From positions 6,882,001 to 6,946,000 of the forward strand of contig CATNEN010000034.1 in assembly GCA_950097015.1 (NCBI GenBank): a stretch of DNA of 64,000 bases, given 5' to 3'. The notes beneath the pieces are model-generated. The model searched no databases, was not told the DNA's origin, and saw only the letters and a list, made by a program, of their open reading frames with translations. The position numbers and the translations under genes are program-made. Numbering within the stretch: position 1 is the stretch's first letter; each line of letters opens with the position of its first letter. Shown in pieces: positions 63,201 through 64,000 of the stretch. Source of the DNA: Macrostomum hystrix (lineage: Eukaryota > Animalia > Platyhelminthes).

Positions 63201-63328
63201 CTCAGGCCGAGCTGGCCACCCTGCGCGACAGGGCATTCGTGCAGCGGCATCGGCAGCGCGCGACTGTGCAGCTCGGCATGGGCGCCAACCGGCTGCAGAA
63301 ACATTTCCGGCATCAGAATCCCAAATAG
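54285..63328 (+). CDS. ZNF622: Zinc finger protein 622 / REI1 pre-60S ribosome biogenesis factor, 3 exons, ~366 aa
   Basis: Exons 54285-54503, 61419-61934, 62963-63328, all phase 0. Motifs: CISC...[26 protein letters not shown]...[14 protein letters not shown]...[16 protein letters not shown]-like [18 protein letters not shown]...[35 protein letters not shown]. Confidence 0.95.
55207..55430 (+). repeat. 5' LTR (224 bp)
   Basis: TGTAGC...GCTACA. By eye it differs from the 3' LTR at one base (GCTAATTTTTCT versus GCTAATTTGTCT). Confidence 0.97.
55435..55445 (+). promoter_or_regulatory. Primer-binding site complementary to initiator tRNA-Met
   Basis: TGGTAGCAGAG, 4 nt after the 5' LTR, is complementary to the metazoan tRNAi-Met 3' end (..CUCUGCUACCA). 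Confidence 0.8.
55455..56309 (+). CDS. gag: Retrotransposon Gag
   Basis: [21 protein letters not shown]-terminal motif and C-terminal CHCC knuckle ([18 protein letters not shown]). ATG at 55455. Confidence 0.9.
   Translation: MPKTRRHKPGTAEAQRQQRQPDETPQIPERQITQHAVKPPAFYRKSPEIWFRQLESQFTLAGIVNLTTKFHHTLAALPEDVACSIDLDTGDYASLKSSVLESLRVNRHQRIEEALAAVELGDRRPSQLVNDIKRKFGEVGLQVDDSIVKSRLLSALPTHIRSALVGHEDAPLDAFSKIADSMLAVSASTTPFAPINRAIAPGQLSAGNKKSPFRGARRDDFQANRNSLRRPKICNGHLYYAAEARTCRPWCQWPGPKPTITLASRQPTPTQSRSSSPTPTAASN
56303..59435 (+). pseudogene. pol: Retrotransposon Pol (protease-RT-RNaseH-integrase), disrupted
   Basis: [10 protein letters not shown] (protease), [10 protein letters not shown] / YIDDIL (RT), [15 protein letters not shown] (RNaseH), H..H..C..C plus DAYSRW / DQG..F / VERTH (integrase), PYQGPY. 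In-frame TAA at 56735-56737 and a 10-nt insertion at 58520-58535 that shifts the integrase frame. Confidence 0.93.
59501..59512 (+). promoter_or_regulatory. Polypurine tract
   Basis: GGGTGGGGGGAG, 5 nt before the 3' LTR. Confidence 0.8.
59518..59741 (+). repeat. 3' LTR (224 bp)
   Basis: Direct repeat of 55207-55430. Confidence 0.97.
62051..62840. repeat. Intronic minisatellite, 20-bp unit TCTAAACTCTTGTTGCCATT
   Basis: About 39 tandem copies in ZNF622 intron 2; ends about 120 bp before the acceptor at 62962. Confidence 0.95.
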
Positions 63329-64000
63329 ACTTCTGATAGGTTGTGTGCGTGTCTGGGCTTATGCTTTATTAGTAGCTGGGGATGTTTACCCAAAGATTGG
63401 GTTGCCAGCATAATTAATCTTTTGGTGAAATATCCCATTCACAGAAATCCCACTTTTACTAAAAATCCCAATAACAAAAATTCATTTTTCAAACTAAACG
63501 TACCACTGAATCAAATCCCGAATTTGTCCAATTATCCTATTCACAAAAGCTCCACAACTTACTAAAAATCCCATTTGCAGAAAACACATATTTGAGCAAA
63601 TATCCCATTCCCATAAATCCCTTAAATTTGGCTAATTTTCCCATTCCTATAAATCACATATTTTACTAAATATCCCATTTACAGAAATCCCATTTCAGGA
63701 ATTTCTTTATCTGACCAGATACCGCATGGATGAGACAGTAATTAATTATTATGATCATTGAGTCCAGAAGTAAAGTAACTATTTTTTATTATACTTTTAA
63801 TCAACTGACGTCTTTGTTCCGGTTTAAATGTTGTGCAACAAGAAGAGTGCGACCCGCAGCATCTTCATATCCAGATTCAGTAACTGACAAAATACACAGC
63901 TTTCCGAGTTTAATAAACGTCGTTGTCTGTTATTTTGTTTCTACTAAGGATTAAAACGAGTTTGTCTTGTATCGTATTATTTTCTAAACAAGCAATCTTA

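Overview
This is eukaryotic (animal) genomic DNA, not prokaryotic. It has GT-AG introns, GC-rich exons in an AT-rich background, and many intronic minisatellites. That pattern suggests a free-living flatworm such as Macrostomum, but this is an inference only. Host genes reconstructed by hand: (1) a 14-15-exon LRRC71 orthologue (7216-16250, +); (2) a 630-aa orphan protein with a coding 42-bp VNTR (19821-21713, +); (3) two rhodopsin-like GPCRs, one frameshifted (25481-26886, -) and one intact (46685-47953, +); (4) a replication-dependent histone H3 with unusual L65M and M90Q substitutions (28981-29391, -); (5) a REPS-family EH-domain gene (36359-37922, -); (6) a fibrinogen-domain pseudogene; (7) ZNF622/REI1 (54285-63328, +). 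Intron 1 of ZNF622 holds a very young 4.5-kb Ty3/Gypsy CsRn1-like LTR element with 224-bp LTRs differing at one base, a GTAT target-site duplication and a broken pol. Other mobile DNA comprises RTE-like and RNaseH-bearing LINE remnants, Crypton, Tc1/IS630, THAP and hAT remnants, and two tRNA-derived SINE families with three copies each. About 18 tandem arrays are present. The most intriguing observations are a near-perfect second histone 3' stem-loop facing away from H3 with no intact histone ORF upstream, the H3 variant itself, and the one-array-per-long-intron minisatellite pattern in LRRC71. No database searches were run; all family calls come from recognised motifs.
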